A stretch of DNA of 37,279 bases from a virus (lineage: Duplodnaviria; Caudoviricetes): the IMG/VR virus record IMGVR_UViG_3300037781_000210, positions 1 to 37,279 of that record; one strand, 5' to 3'. A program made the translations under genes and the position numbers. Positions 9,201 through 18,813 of the stretch are shown here, piece by piece. The notes beneath the pieces were generated by a model, which searched no databases, was not told the origin of the DNA, and saw only the letters and a list, made by a program, of their open reading frames with translations. Every line of letters starts with the position of its first letter. The stretch's first letter is position 1.

Positions 9201-10385
9201 GACCGAGGCCGGATCGACAAAGCTGCCTGTCGCGGCGTTAAACGTATTGGCCAGCCCCGGAAACGGCTCCAGATCGCTCGGCTCGGTTATCATGAAATCA
9301 TCGTCGGTCAGCGACATGACGGGCGTTCCGGGCGCGCCTGTGCGGGTGCGCCAGACCCCGCCAAATTCCGAGGTCTGGCCGAAACACGCCCGATCCATTT
9401 CCTCGATCACATCGGGCGGGGCCATGTCGTTGGTGTTGATCTCGAACCCGGCCTCGAATTGCGGGCGGCCCCCGATCAGCACGTCGCACTCGTTCATCGC
9501 CGCGAACCAGTTGTCGAGCGGCAGGTCCTCGGCATCCGAGCCGCCGCCGTAGACATCTCCGGTGGGCAGGGTGATGCCCCGGAAGATGTTGTACTTGATC
9601 ACCTGCGGATTGCGCGTGCCCGCCCAGGTGGACGGATCACCCCATCTCTGCGTGCCCTGCCCCCCGACGCTGCTATCCTCGCGCGGATCGTAGAGCCGGA
9701 TCCCGTCCACCTCGAACCGCACCGAGGGCAGGCCGGGAAAGACGTTCTGGTCGCGCCGGAATTCGAGCACCGCATAGGCGCTGCCGCGCAGCACGTGGTC
9801 GGCGGTCCAGGGCCGGTCGGGGTGATCCGAGTACGCTTCGACCAGCCCCGCGTCGGCGGTGCTCTGCGTGCCGTCATAAAAGCGTATCCAGGCGCGCGCC
9901 GCGTTCCCGTTCCGCAGTCCGATCAGTTCGCGAGTGCCGTCCTCGTCGGGCTCGCCGATCTCGGTATACTGCCCGTCGATGATGATCCGGTCGGTCAAGC
10001 CCTGCACCGGGATGTTCGAGACTTCGAGAATGTAGGTCAGGATGCGATTGTTCGGCCCGCGCGAATAGGCCGGGGCCACGGCATGCCCCTCCAGACCGTA
10101 GCGCCCGACGACGAATTTCTGGGGGGTGATGTCACCGGTCGTGGTCTGTTCGGTCTGGATGCCACCGTCGCGGATGCCCTTGGGCTTTTTCCGGAAGAGC
10201 TGCCCGACGAGGGAGAGGGCCACGCCGAACACGACGCGCGACACGAATGTCGTGATCGCCGCCGCAGCCGTCGCTGAGACGCCTGCCGAAACAAGAAACG
10301 TCGTGAGGGCCGCAGCGGCAGGACCGGCAAGCGCCGCATCCGGCGCGACCAAAAGCCCAAGCAGCAGTGTGATAAGCCACATCAT
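6201..10385 (-). CDS. Tail tip / central fibre (host-specificity, gpJ-like), 1394 aa
   Basis: YDPR and NPQVI tip-domain motifs, FnIII-like WSDW, long coiled coil, embedded beta-sandwich-like segment. Confidence 0.88.
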   Translation of the reverse strand: MMWLITLLLGLLVAPDAALAGPAAAALTTFLVSAGVSATAAAAITTFVSRVVFGVALSLVGQLFRKKPKGIRDGGIQTEQTTTGDITPQKFVVGRYGLEGHAVAPAYSRGPNNRILTYILEVSNIPVQGLTDRIIIDGQYTEIGEPDEDGTRELIGLRNGNAARAWIRFYDGTQSTADAGLVEAYSDHPDRPWTADHVLRGSAYAVLEFRRDQNVFPGLPSVRFEVDGIRLYDPREDSSVGGQGTQRWGDPSTWAGTRNPQVIKYNIFRGITLPTGDVYGGGSDAEDLPLDNWFAAMNECDVLIGGRPQFEAGFEINTNDMAPPDVIEEMDRACFGQTSEFGGVWRTRTGAPGTPVMSLTDDDFMITEPSDLEPFPGLANTFNAATGSFVDPASVWESREADAVINLDWEAEDGNRRLPRAINLPAVSNNSQAQHLLEAYIKDSRRFRNHIMTLPPSFALLEPLDAITWTSAENGYGGRVFEVLEVEDRPANLTQRVRVREREPGDVAWTSEQDLPAPVGRLGRTLPAPVTPSIIVSDLSIRDSLGVSRRAALLVEWTGDQPVDALVLIVQVRVVPGLDRVARVVARTEDGEIEINDGILHSTTYEVRARYLFDAPGEWSDWVSVTTGAGGFTAADLSTDFAAKIDTAFDRHDAVLGDEGAPQAVTDLFDRIEQVISPIGDGDIPGTPHIARINSEVFTVAGTVRRERSRIKSAAQLALDSAARDFLARDEVRATLVAEVEGARAEASAALTVVADEQVQLAQSVQVLETTTADIEALTQTIDQSRIDGDEALANQIALLAVGTVTQFDHVAIWHFDATVEGWTGVSSAPSVTADGFLAPATGSGVISPSGLAVPTQTYRQMRARIRRDGATTWASQFWWAGEGEAFDAARRVDVVEPDFAEDVAQLTVNLDWTGTVDRIRLDLPDGVEIDWIAIGRPAPGASSAEVAAETAARIAQGDALAEDITALSGELTDVAAQATGTADALDETNARVTANEDGIVSLTSATTALQSDVDDVQTGLTLTGEAVDALETRAETLEGGERVQSGSTRAVRSRVKLSGAQNTEEAARSILGRIKEREILAQASQDLNARIDLTDEEIRIVSEAVTLVQSAIPGLATADALKLLQTEVTGQGDDLESLATSVTTLSGEVGDNAAAITDLAAVKVDAAGAVSAVSQTISAEYASFEALAEATAFAQATSDGIVAGHVMRLNGQNVWEAVSVADGISGPSVTGRWSGDYLRLDGEVEVTGDFKVSGDNLFANTILAENIVANGITRLAVAGSGEIKNASATFTTIATATFEAPVDFKAQGILSFLLTDPPADYPNDVLFRALIQGTVVVNITKAGLLNANARRITLPVTLNNGVAAASVEIKFEVQNAGGLGAESSNYSVTGFLR

Positions 10386-10765
10386 ACCCGGAACGCCCTT
10401 TCGGCCTTGAGCCGCGACAGATGCCCCAGCCCGTCGGGGCGCAAGACGAACACGCGGTCTCCGCCGACAATCCCCATCGCGTCATTCTCGCAGACCGCCA
10501 GATCGCCGACCTGTGCCCGGCATGGATGGATGGCCTCAAAAAGCGTGGCGATGTAGTCGACGTGGCTGGCAAAACCGTGCGCCGCCAGCAGCTTTGAAAG
10601 CTGCTCGTCGGTGGCGTATTTGCCACGATAGGGCGCGGCATGATCGACGCCGGTGATCGCCTCGACCCAGCCCGCCACGAACAGCCCGCAATCGTGCTTG
10701 CCCGGCCAGAACGGCAAGCGCCGCACGGCGTCGAGATAGAGATGCAGATGCTCGTGCCGGGTCAT
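10382..10765 (-). CDS. NlpC/P60-like tail-associated peptidase
   Basis: PFWPGKHDCGLF...AQVGDLA motifs. Confidence 0.8.
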   Translation of the reverse strand: MTRHEHLHLYLDAVRRLPFWPGKHDCGLFVAGWVEAITGVDHAAPYRGKYATDEQLSKLLAAHGFASHVDYIATLFEAIHPCRAQVGDLAVCENDAMGIVGGDRVFVLRPDGLGHLSRLKAERAFRV

Positions 10766-11451
10766 CCGCGATTATCCCCGCTTGCGTCCGAGCTTCGCCC
10801 GGGGTCGTCGCCTTTGAAAACAGGTGCAGTCGGCGGCGGCGCGCCGCGCTTGTGCAGCACGCCCCAGAACACCCCCACGGCCCCGGAGATCGTGGCATAT
10901 TCCCGGCCCCGGTCGGTCGCGTCGATACGGCGCTGCGCGGCGTCCGATTTCTTGACGGTCAGCGTGCGGGTCAGCGCACGCGCCGCACTGGCCAGCGTCA
11001 TCTCAAGGCTCGCCTCCTGCCCCACGGCGGGTTTGGGAATGGGGGCTTCCTCGACCGAGCCCTTGAATACGCGGACGGGCGCACCGATCTGCACGCCCTT
11101 CACCGGGTCGATATGGACACGGTGTATCTCGACCGGGGCGAGGCGCACGTCATATCCCCGGATCGCCTGCATCACCTCGGGCGCGACCTGAGCAAGCCGC
11201 ACCCGCTGCATGCGCACGTTGAGGCCGACACTGCCGATGATCGGATCAATGCCCAATAGCGCCCCGGCACCGAAATAGGTCCGCGTCTCGCCGTTCACCA
11301 CGAACTCGCGCACGTCCTTGCCATTCCAGAAGCCGGTGGCCTCGACCCCGCCGGTCGTGCGGTTCTTCGCCTTGATCCACAGCAGGTGACGCGGGGCCAC
11401 GGCCTCGCCCGCCGCCAGATGTGTCTCGATGGCCGTGCCGTAGTCACGCAT
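10762..11451 (-). CDS. Minor tail / baseplate hub-like protein
   Basis: Position between distal tail and peptidase genes; YFGAGALL motif. Confidence 0.7.
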   Translation of the reverse strand: MRDYGTAIETHLAAGEAVAPRHLLWIKAKNRTTGGVEATGFWNGKDVREFVVNGETRTYFGAGALLGIDPIIGSVGLNVRMQRVRLAQVAPEVMQAIRGYDVRLAPVEIHRVHIDPVKGVQIGAPVRVFKGSVEEAPIPKPAVGQEASLEMTLASAARALTRTLTVKKSDAAQRRIDATDRGREYATISGAVGVFWGVLHKRGAPPPTAPVFKGDDPGRSSDASGDNRG

Positions 11452-11457
11452 CGCTGA

Positions 11458-12117
11458 TCACCTCACGGTCTGCACGAAGGCAAATTGCGCACCCCGTGCG
11501 ATCGCAGGAACGACCTCGCCGTAATCGGGCGAGGGCACGAGCTTGGCTTTCAGCACTGGCTTGATCAGCTGCACCGCCACGCCCGAAAGGGATGCCTGCT
11601 CGATGAATGGCGTGACTTCGAGAAGCGGGATACCGCCACCCGCACCGGCCGTTTTCGTCTCGACAACCCGGTGCAGCGCATAGCGCACCGGGTTCGTCCC
11701 ATATTGCCAGCCGATCAGGTCGCCCGCCGTGAGCACGTATCCCGCAGGTAGATTCGACAGGCCCATGATCCGCGCGTCCGTCACGTCGATCCCCGAGATC
11801 GTCGGCGTGGCCGCGCCCAGGATCGAGCCGTCGGGATCCGCCGCCGGATGCGTCTGGTAGGGATGATGGATCAGGAACGACGCGCCGGGACGGTCCACCA
11901 CCGACAGCAGCGCATCCTGCCGCGCCGCGCGCGCATAATCGTTCGTGGGCGCGATGCTGAAACTGCCCCGCCAGACCGCATCGCCAAGCGAGGCCGACAC
12001 GATGGCACCACCGGCGGTGCGGTTGCTGTCGCGGGGCTGGTCGGGGAACATCCGGACGTTGGTGATTTGCAGCACGTCCTGGAACTGGGCCACGGACAGG
12101 GGATAGGTCAGCGCCAT
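11458..12117 (-). CDS. Distal tail protein-like
   Basis: Immediately after the tape measure gene; LPAGYVLTAGD motif. Confidence 0.7.
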   Translation of the reverse strand: MALTYPLSVAQFQDVLQITNVRMFPDQPRDSNRTAGGAIVSASLGDAVWRGSFSIAPTNDYARAARQDALLSVVDRPGASFLIHHPYQTHPAADPDGSILGAATPTISGIDVTDARIMGLSNLPAGYVLTAGDLIGWQYGTNPVRYALHRVVETKTAGAGGGIPLLEVTPFIEQASLSGVAVQLIKPVLKAKLVPSPDYGEVVPAIARGAQFAFVQTVR

Positions 12118-14189
12118 CAGCCACGCCTCCAGGGATCGCTGTTGATCTGCTCGACGCGGTCGGGCAGCGTGTTGCGCGAGAACTCCGAAAGTCCCTCGCC
12201 CATGACGTCCACCGATACGCCGCGCGCGGTTTCGGTTGCCACGACCCTGAACATCTCGCTCGGCTCAATGAGCAGCCTCGTCACGCCGCCCGACCCGCCA
12301 CTGAGCATCCGCGCTGTCTCGGCGCGCGACGTCACCTGCGCCGGGCCGGGCACCAGCACGCCGTTGACAAGCTCGTTGCCGCGCTCGGCTGCAACGCCGA
12401 ACTGCCCGCGCGGAATCGTGCCGCCACGATCAAAGAACCCTGCGAACAGGTCGCCCAACCCGGAGCCCTCGAACAGCGCCCCGGCCAGCCCGCTGATCCC
12501 GCTCGACGCGAGCCGCGTGCCGAGGCTCGACAGCGCCCCCCCGATGGTCTGCGACCCCGTGACGAGGCCCGCCACCATGTCGCCAAAGCGCCGCGATGTC
12601 TGATCCGCGCTGTCGCCCAGACCGTCGAGCGATCCGCTCATCTGGTCCACGCCTTGTTGCAGCGCATCCACCGCGACCTGCGTGCGCTCCTGGATACCGA
12701 TGCCCAGACCGTCCATCAGGTCGCGACCGATCCTTATGAAAACACGAGATGGCGAGCGGGTTTCCAGAACCTCACGGGCGGATTGCGGCACAAAGTCAAA
12801 GACGTCTTTGATCGAGGACTTCACGCTTTCCCACTTTTCCAGGATGCCGCGCTTAAGCCCCTCGATGATCTGTCCACCGATGCGCTCCAGCTCGGCGGGA
12901 AGACCGCTGAAGAATTCGGTGATCCCATTGACCACCGATGTCAGCGCCTCCCGAGACCCTGGCAGCAACGACTCGAGGATGCCGAGCCACGTGTCCACGG
13001 TAGCGCGAAAGAAACGGCCCAAGCCGGAGAACATGCCCTTGAAATTTTCAAGTGCGCCTTGGAGATCGCCTCTGAACAGGGCGCCGATAGAGCGCACACC
13101 TTCCGTCAGAACCGAAACCAGCGCCGAGAACTGATCTTTTGATCCCTCCCAAGCCGCCGAAATGGCATTTCCGCTTCGGGTGGCAACCTCCCCGAGGGCC
13201 GGAAACCTTTCGACTAGACCGTCCCATTTCGCTGCGACCAGCGCCGCAACACCTGCAACCGCGCCTAGACCTAGGATCACGACGCCAATGGGCGAGGCAA
13301 GCGCCGCCAGCCCCGCCGCCACGAAGCCCAGCCCGATGGCAACCGGACCGAGCGCCGCCGCCACCGCCGCGCCGATGCCGATCAGCCTGCGCGTCTCGGG
13401 CGACAGCGCCGCGAACCGGCGCGACAGCTCCGCGCCTTTCTCGGCCAGAAACTGCAGCGTCGGGGCCAGCGCCACCGACAACTGGTTTGCCAGGCCGCGT
13501 GTCACCAGCCCGAGCGCCGACATCGCGTCATTGGCCGCCTCGATCTGGTCGGCGTCCACATCGGCGACGGCGACGCCGAATTCCTTGACCTCGCGCGCCG
13601 CCCGCGCCAGCGTTTCCGGATCAAGCCGCAGCATCGCCAGGCCAGTCTTGTCGCCGAAAATCTCCGACGCCACACCCGCCTGCTGCGCCTCGGGGATAAG
13701 CGTCTTGATCGCGGTCACCAGCTTGTTGACCCGCTCATCGACAGGCAGACCGGCGAGGTCCGCCGCTGCGATGTTCAACCGCCCGAGCGCCTTGACCGCC
13801 GGGCCGGTGCCACTCTCCGCCAGCGACACACGCCGCGTCATCCGGCGCAGAGACCCTTCAAGATCGTTCTGGGAAATCCCGGCCAGCTCGGACGCGCGGG
13901 TCAGGTTCTGGATACTCACGACCGTCGTATCCATCGACTGCGCCATCTTGGCCTGCGCATCCACCACGCTCAGCGAGGACCGAAGCGCCGCACCCGCCGC
14001 CGCCGCCATCGGTGCGGTGATGCCGATCGACAGCCGCCGCCCGATACCGCCGATCCGGCGCTGGAAGCCCTGCATGCGCGCATGGAACCGGCCCATGCGC
14101 TTCTCGGCGGCATTGGCCCCCTTGTCGAAGGCGGCAGACCGCATTCCCAGCACGACGCGCAGCGCGCCGACAACCGCCCCTCTAGCCAT
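12117..14189 (-). CDS. Tape measure protein
   Basis: Ala/Gly-rich helical 690 aa; VVGALRVVLG start; SPSRVF and FFDRGG motifs; follows the chaperones. Confidence 0.9.
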   Translation of the reverse strand: MARGAVVGALRVVLGMRSAAFDKGANAAEKRMGRFHARMQGFQRRIGGIGRRLSIGITAPMAAAAGAALRSSLSVVDAQAKMAQSMDTTVVSIQNLTRASELAGISQNDLEGSLRRMTRRVSLAESGTGPAVKALGRLNIAAADLAGLPVDERVNKLVTAIKTLIPEAQQAGVASEIFGDKTGLAMLRLDPETLARAAREVKEFGVAVADVDADQIEAANDAMSALGLVTRGLANQLSVALAPTLQFLAEKGAELSRRFAALSPETRRLIGIGAAVAAALGPVAIGLGFVAAGLAALASPIGVVILGLGAVAGVAALVAAKWDGLVERFPALGEVATRSGNAISAAWEGSKDQFSALVSVLTEGVRSIGALFRGDLQGALENFKGMFSGLGRFFRATVDTWLGILESLLPGSREALTSVVNGITEFFSGLPAELERIGGQIIEGLKRGILEKWESVKSSIKDVFDFVPQSAREVLETRSPSRVFIRIGRDLMDGLGIGIQERTQVAVDALQQGVDQMSGSLDGLGDSADQTSRRFGDMVAGLVTGSQTIGGALSSLGTRLASSGISGLAGALFEGSGLGDLFAGFFDRGGTIPRGQFGVAAERGNELVNGVLVPGPAQVTSRAETARMLSGGSGGVTRLLIEPSEMFRVVATETARGVSVDVMGEGLSEFSRNTLPDRVEQINSDPWRRG

Positions 14190-14541
14190 CGCGTTTCACA
14201 ACCTTTCCGCCGGACGCGATCACATAGGCCGTGATCTGCGCCGTCATCTGTTCAGGAGACATCGGCGTCTTGCGCCGGGCCTTGCCGCGCCCGGGAAACA
14301 CCTTGTCGAATTCAGGGAAGTTCTTCGGGTTCTGGAACCCGATCATGACCAGCTTGGCCAAGGCGTAGGCGACCGATTCCGACTGCCGGAACTCGCGCTT
14401 GAGGCCACGCGCCGCGCCGCGCATGATCACCGACTGGTGCCGCAGGGTCAGATGCCAGAACCTGTCCGCGCACTGCCCCCACGACACCCATTCGGACAAC
14501 AGGTCCGCCCAGTCTAGCGCGCCTTGGCCTTGCCCTTTCCC
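14182..14541 (-). CDS. Tail assembly chaperone, frameshifted extension (gpGT-like)
   Basis: -1 frame is open from the slippery site through DWADLLSEW...FWHLTLR. Confidence 0.75.
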   Translation of the reverse strand, partial: GKGQGQGALDWADLLSEWVSWGQCADRFWHLTLRHQSVIMRGAARGLKREFRQSESVAYALAKLVMIGFQNPKNFPEFDKVFPGRGKARRKTPMSPEQMTAQITAYVIASGGKVVKRDG

Positions 14542-14891
14542 GGCGCAGGCGCGGCCTCGCCGTCCTCCTCATCGTCGGGGAAGGCGAGCATGAACGCCTC
14601 CATCACCTTCTGCGACGCCTCGACCACGCCCATCTGGTGCATCAGCCGACCCGCCCCCTTGAGGTCCATGTCGTCGTGATGCTCGGACAGGGCGTGCAGC
14701 AGCAGCAGCCGCAGCTTGGTGACCGACATGTCCTCGTCGGCCAGCATGGCGTCGATCTCGCGCCCGATCTGCACCACCGTCTTGCCGGTCGCGTCTTCCA
14801 GATCGCAAAGCGCATTGGGGGTGAAGGCGAGGGTGTAAGCCTCGCCATCCACCTCGATCCGGACCTCGCCGGTAACCTCGCCCCGGCTCAT
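14514..14891 (-). CDS. Tail assembly chaperone (gpG-like)
   Basis: YTLAFTPNALCDLED motif; lies between the tail tube and tape measure genes. Confidence 0.85.
   Translation of the reverse strand: MSRGEVTGEVRIEVDGEAYTLAFTPNALCDLEDATGKTVVQIGREIDAMLADEDMSVTKLRLLLLHALSEHHDDMDLKGAGRLMHQMGVVEASQKVMEAFMLAFPDDEEDGEAAPAPGKGKAKAR
14535..14541 (-). other. Programmed -1 frameshift site G GGA AAG
   Basis: Identical to the lambda G/T slippery heptamer and in the correct frame (Pro-Gly-Lys). Confidence 0.8.
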
Positions 14892-15310
14892 GCGCCAGCC
14901 GCCGTGATCGTCTGCTGGCCGCTTGGAGTGAAGTCCACTTCAACCTCCATCAGATCTTCGCGCGGCGTGGACGGGCCGATGCCCGAAACCAGCGCGGCGA
15001 ACGCCCAGGTGGTGCCATCGGCCAGCGTGGCGACGTAACCCTCGGGCGCCTTGGCGTTGATCTTTTCCAGCAGCATCGTCATCCCGGCGCTGCCCGGCTC
15101 GTAGATCAGCGTCAGGCTGAACGGCTCCAGCCGCCCCATGCCGTTGATGACCTCGTCCATCCGGCCCGGCGATGTGCTATGCGTCGCGTTTACCGCGTCG
15201 CGCACGATCTTGGGCAGGGACGGCTCCCGGATTTTCCCGACCGAGACCGGCGACCCCGAGCCGCCATCGGCCAGCGCGAAGTCGAACCCCGCGCCAATAT
15301 CTGCAGCCAT
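14888..15310 (-). CDS. Major tail tube protein
   Basis: DAVNATHSTSPG...E.I.G motif; FTPSGQ end; GAGGA SD. Confidence 0.85.
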   Translation of the reverse strand: MAADIGAGFDFALADGGSGSPVSVGKIREPSLPKIVRDAVNATHSTSPGRMDEVINGMGRLEPFSLTLIYEPGSAGMTMLLEKINAKAPEGYVATLADGTTWAFAALVSGIGPSTPREDLMEVEVDFTPSGQQTITAAGA

Positions 15311-15311
15311 G

Positions 15312-15707
15312 TTATGTTCCTCTCCATGTGATGATGACATCTTCGGTGCGACGGAAATACGTCACCCCCGCAACCTCTGCCTCTCCGTCCCGGCCGCCAT
15401 CAAAGGCGACGTGCCGGAAATCGCAGCCATGCAAGACCCCGCGCAGCGGCGTCAGTACATCCTCTATGCGGCGGGCCAGGCTGAGCTGATCTCCGTAGCC
15501 ATCCGCGTAAATGTCGATCTGGATGCGGGTCTTCTCCAACCCCACCCGGCCCGTCGTGTGATACAGGCGCGGCCCGCCGATATCCTGCAGCGACACGAAG
15601 GGCGCGGGCGCGGTGCCCGGCGGCACCCAGCCCCAGAACACCCGGTCGCCCACAACGCCCGCGATCTCCGCGTCGTCCAGCAGCGCGCGCTCGATGGCCA
15701 GATGCAT
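15312..15707 (-). CDS. Tail terminator (DUF3168-like)
   Basis: VGDRVFWG...P...RIQIDIYA motif. Confidence 0.8.
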   Translation of the reverse strand: MHLAIERALLDDAEIAGVVGDRVFWGWVPPGTAPAPFVSLQDIGGPRLYHTTGRVGLEKTRIQIDIYADGYGDQLSLARRIEDVLTPLRGVLHGCDFRHVAFDGGRDGEAEVAGVTYFRRTEDVIITWRGT

Positions 15708-16159
15708 CAGCGCCGCCCCTGCTTGGCCAGCTTGCGCGCGTGCCGCTTGAGCGTCTTCTCGATATCCGCCCATAGCAGACCGGCCAGGTCGGGCATGATG
15801 CTCGCACGGTGCGAATCCCAGGCGGGCCGCAAATGCGGCTGCGCGGGCTGGTGCTCGTTGCCGAACTCGGTCTGCACCGCACCGGGATCGTTCGGCCCGG
15901 CATACATCTCGACATCAGACTCCTTGCGCGTGACCTTTCGCTGACGCTTGGTCAGGCGTGTGCTGACCGCGTAGCTCTCGGACAGGTCGCCGCGATCCGT
16001 CGGCGCAAGCGCCGCGCCGCGTTGCGCCACCGGCGTCAGCACCTTCTTGAGTGCGCGCCGGACGCTCGCCTTGGCCGTGGCGCGGGGCAGGTCATTCAGC
16101 GCGCGGCCCGCATCCTCGAACCCCTCGAGCTCCATGCTGATCCCGTCACGCTTAGACAT
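15707..16159 (-). CDS. HK97 gp10-like tail completion protein
   Basis: APTDRGDL...EFGNEHQPAQPHLRPAWD. Confidence 0.85.
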   Translation of the reverse strand: MSKRDGISMELEGFEDAGRALNDLPRATAKASVRRALKKVLTPVAQRGAALAPTDRGDLSESYAVSTRLTKRQRKVTRKESDVEMYAGPNDPGAVQTEFGNEHQPAQPHLRPAWDSHRASIMPDLAGLLWADIEKTLKRHARKLAKQGRR

Positions 16160-16481
16160 CGCTGCGCCGCTCCGCCATGATCTCGAAACCGCGCCGCGCG
16201 CCGGCCATTTCAGTCTTGCCAATCACGTCGAAATCGCCGTCGCCGGTGGCGGCGACATCCCCGACCCTGACCGATTGCGTCACCGCCTCGTCCCGCACCC
16301 GGAACTTGACCAGCGCCCGCCCGAATTCGATGCCCGCAACTGTCTTGTCACCGTCGCTCATGTCGATGCGCCGCGCCTGGACCGTGCCCAGGTCGACCGC
16401 CGCTGACCCCGCCGCGCTCAGCTGGTGCCGCGACTTCCTGTTCTCCCGCAGGAACTGCACGGCTACCGGGCGGCCCGACAT
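16152..16481 (-). CDS. Head-tail adaptor / head closure protein
   Basis: Position; KFRVR...FDVIG pattern; TGATG overlap with the upstream gene. Confidence 0.7.
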   Translation of the reverse strand: MSGRPVAVQFLRENRKSRHQLSAAGSAAVDLGTVQARRIDMSDGDKTVAGIEFGRALVKFRVRDEAVTQSVRVGDVAATGDGDFDVIGKTEMAGARRGFEIMAERRSDV

Positions 16482-17071
16482 CACGCGCGCTCGCCGATGA
16501 CACAGGGCCTGCGATACCGGGCCTGCTTGACCAGGCGGCGCGCGCCCATGGTGATGCGCGGGGCCTCGACCGTCTCGCCAAGGGACAGGCCCGCATCGAA
16601 CCATTCCTTGACCAGCAGAATGATGCCCTGTCGCATGGGCTGCACGCTGTGATCCTCCGGGTCTTCGCCTGCTGTGAACCGCAGGATCATTTCGCCCGCC
16701 GTGACGCTCAGCCCGGCCCAGCCATCCGCGATCACCATCTGCGGCTCATCTGCGCCGCGCGCCAGGCGCAGCCCGTCCATGGGCTGGATCAGCTCCTGCC
16801 CATCTGGATCAACCAGGATCACCTCGTTGATCGAGGCGACGGGGCGGCAGGGAAACCAGAACCGACGCCAGCGCGCCCAGGGCACGGTCAGTTCGAATTC
16901 CCCCAGCCCTATCGGGCGGCCCGTCGCATCCTCGAAGATCTGTTGCGCCGCCGCGATCATCACGGCGAAATGCGCATCGTCCTGCACATCGCCTTCGCGA
17001 ATATGCACCGCCGCCTTGAACTCGGCAGGCGTGACCGCCTCGAAGCGCGGCGCATCCCCGATATATCGCAA
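16481..17071 (-). CDS. Head-tail connector (gp6-like)
   Basis: AVTPAEFKAAV...IAAAQ...E..TGR...QGIILLVKEWF; TTG start. Confidence 0.8.
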   Translation of the reverse strand: MRYIGDAPRFEAVTPAEFKAAVHIREGDVQDDAHFAVMIAAAQQIFEDATGRPIGLGEFELTVPWARWRRFWFPCRPVASINEVILVDPDGQELIQPMDGLRLARGADEPQMVIADGWAGLSVTAGEMILRFTAGEDPEDHSVQPMRQGIILLVKEWFDAGLSLGETVEAPRITMGARRLVKQARYRRPCVIGERA

Positions 17072-17086
17072 CGGCCCGCCCCCGCC

Positions 17087-17407
17087 TTACGTGATCTTCG
17101 CGCCCTGCGCGGGCGGCGTTCCGGCGGTCTTCTTGGCCTTGCTCTCTGCCTCCTGCAGCGCGGCTTCGCGCTTGGCCAGGGCGGCCTCCTGATCGGCCAG
17201 CGCCTTTTCGCGTTTCGCCAGCGCGGCCTCTTGTTCCTGCGCCCCGGCATCTTCCTTGGATGCCTTGGCCTCGGCCGCGCCGATGATCTTGGCGATCGGC
17301 GGTTTCGCATCCGCGAAGTTGCGCGCGACATGCTCCGCGAAACCCGCAACGTCGCCCTTCACGTAAGAGCCGTGAGTGCGCAGAAAGCGCACGACTGTCT
17401 TTGCCAT
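17087..17407 (-). CDS. Capsid-adjacent hypothetical protein with EAALAKRE repeats
   Basis: AAGGA SD; VRFLR...GDVAGF N-terminus; heptad repeats. Confidence 0.7.
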   Translation of the reverse strand: MAKTVVRFLRTHGSYVKGDVAGFAEHVARNFADAKPPIAKIIGAAEAKASKEDAGAQEQEAALAKREKALADQEAALAKREAALQEAESKAKKTAGTPPAQGAKIT

Positions 17408-17490
17408 GGTCTTGTCCTTTCGGTTATGCGGCCCGCGCCGCGTCATGAGACGGCAGGGCCGTCATGGCCCCGCCCGGGTTCAGGGAAAGA

Positions 17491-18813
17491 TCAGAGCGAC
17501 CAGGCGACGCCGTTGATCACGGCGATGGCCTCGTCATGCGCCGGGGCCATGTCGTGCTCCTCCACCGCGCGCATCAGCGTCAGGTTGCGCTGGAACGCCG
17601 AGATGGTATCGCCGCTGGAATCCACGAACGCCGCCTCGGTCGAGCTGGCGATGGTGATCGTCTGACTGGAACCGAGCATGATTTCCGACGCATCGAGGAA
17701 GTAAATCTCGGTCTCGTTCGTACCCGCCCCGAGGTTGTTCGGGATCTGCGTCGTGGTGAAGATCGGGTAGCCCTCAAGCTCGTTGCTGTCCCGGATCGAC
17801 GGGAAGACGCGGAACCCGGTATCCGGGTGACGCAGGCTGGCGAGAAAGTTCTTGGTGCCGGGGCGCATGATCCAGCCCGGCGCCAGCATCATAACGTTGC
17901 TTTCCTCGACCACGTTCACCGCCGTGTGGATCGCGGCCTCGACAGCGGCCACGGTATTGGCCACCGCCGCCTGCTTGTGGCCCGCCAGCGCCCAGTTCAG
18001 CAGCCCCTTGGGCATGTCGCCCGTGCCGTCATAGCGAATGAGTGCGATGTCCTTCTTGAGGCCCATGGCATCGAGCATCAGGTTGCGCACCGTCAGACCG
18101 ACCGAGGCGCTGGAATGACGCAGCAGGGCATTGCCGATCGGGACCAGCGACGACAGCGTCTTGAAGTTCTGCTGCACCGCGTCGAAGGTCGGCTCGGATT
18201 CCGCCGTGGCGGCATTCTCCGCGCCATAGCTTGCCGTCGGGCCGCTGGCGACGCGGGCATTGCGCAGCTCACCGGCGGGCATGTCATGGCGCTGGATACC
18301 CATGCGCTCCAGCGCCACGCGCGGCTGCAGGAGCTCGATCATGGTCTGGGCCTGCGCACGCGGGATGGTCACCCCGCCCGCACCGTCCGTGGCACCCGAC
18401 AGCGCCGCCGAAATGCCGGAATGCCCGGCCTGTTCCAGGTGATCGCAGGCCGCTTGCCGGTCGCCGCCCCGCGCCGCCAGCGCGGCCATCATCAGGCCCA
18501 CATCGACGCCGCGATCTTCGGGATTCGCCGCTGCCGCCGGAACGCCCGGCGCGGACGCGGGGTTCGGCGCGGCAGGCGCGGTGGTCTCGGACTGCGCCGA
18601 CGCGGCCTGTGCCGCCTCGACCGCCTCGCCGCGCTTGACCTGCACGTCGAGCGCCTTGAACGCGCCCTCTGCGGCCTCGAACGCGGCCTGCGCCTCGGCC
18701 ATCGCGGCCTCGGTCGCACCCTCGCCCGCCTCGATTTCGGTCAGGGCCTGCGCCTTGGCCGCCATGTCATCCGCCGCAGCCTTCCGCTTGCGGCGCAGAT
18801 CGTTGAGGTCCAT
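17491..18813 (-). CDS. Major capsid protein (HK97 fold, with N-terminal delta domain)
   Basis: GGVTIP, GWIM, LEGYPI, SAFQRNLTLMRA motifs; AAGGAG SD. Confidence 0.93.
   Translation of the reverse strand: MDLNDLRRKRKAAADDMAAKAQALTEIEAGEGATEAAMAEAQAAFEAAEGAFKALDVQVKRGEAVEAAQAASAQSETTAPAAPNPASAPGVPAAAANPEDRGVDVGLMMAALAARGGDRQAACDHLEQAGHSGISAALSGATDGAGGVTIPRAQAQTMIELLQPRVALERMGIQRHDMPAGELRNARVASGPTASYGAENAATAESEPTFDAVQQNFKTLSSLVPIGNALLRHSSASVGLTVRNLMLDAMGLKKDIALIRYDGTGDMPKGLLNWALAGHKQAAVANTVAAVEAAIHTAVNVVEESNVMMLAPGWIMRPGTKNFLASLRHPDTGFRVFPSIRDSNELEGYPIFTTTQIPNNLGAGTNETEIYFLDASEIMLGSSQTITIASSTEAAFVDSSGDTISAFQRNLTLMRAVEEHDMAPAHDEAIAVINGVAWSL

Noticed and set aside
7251-10277. 1008-aa plus-strand ORF and other long antisense ORFs (17464-19839, 19380-21464, 21320-22975, 33898-35232, 29821-30723)
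   Set aside because: Shadows of real high-GC genes on the opposite strand; no recognisable motifs or RBS
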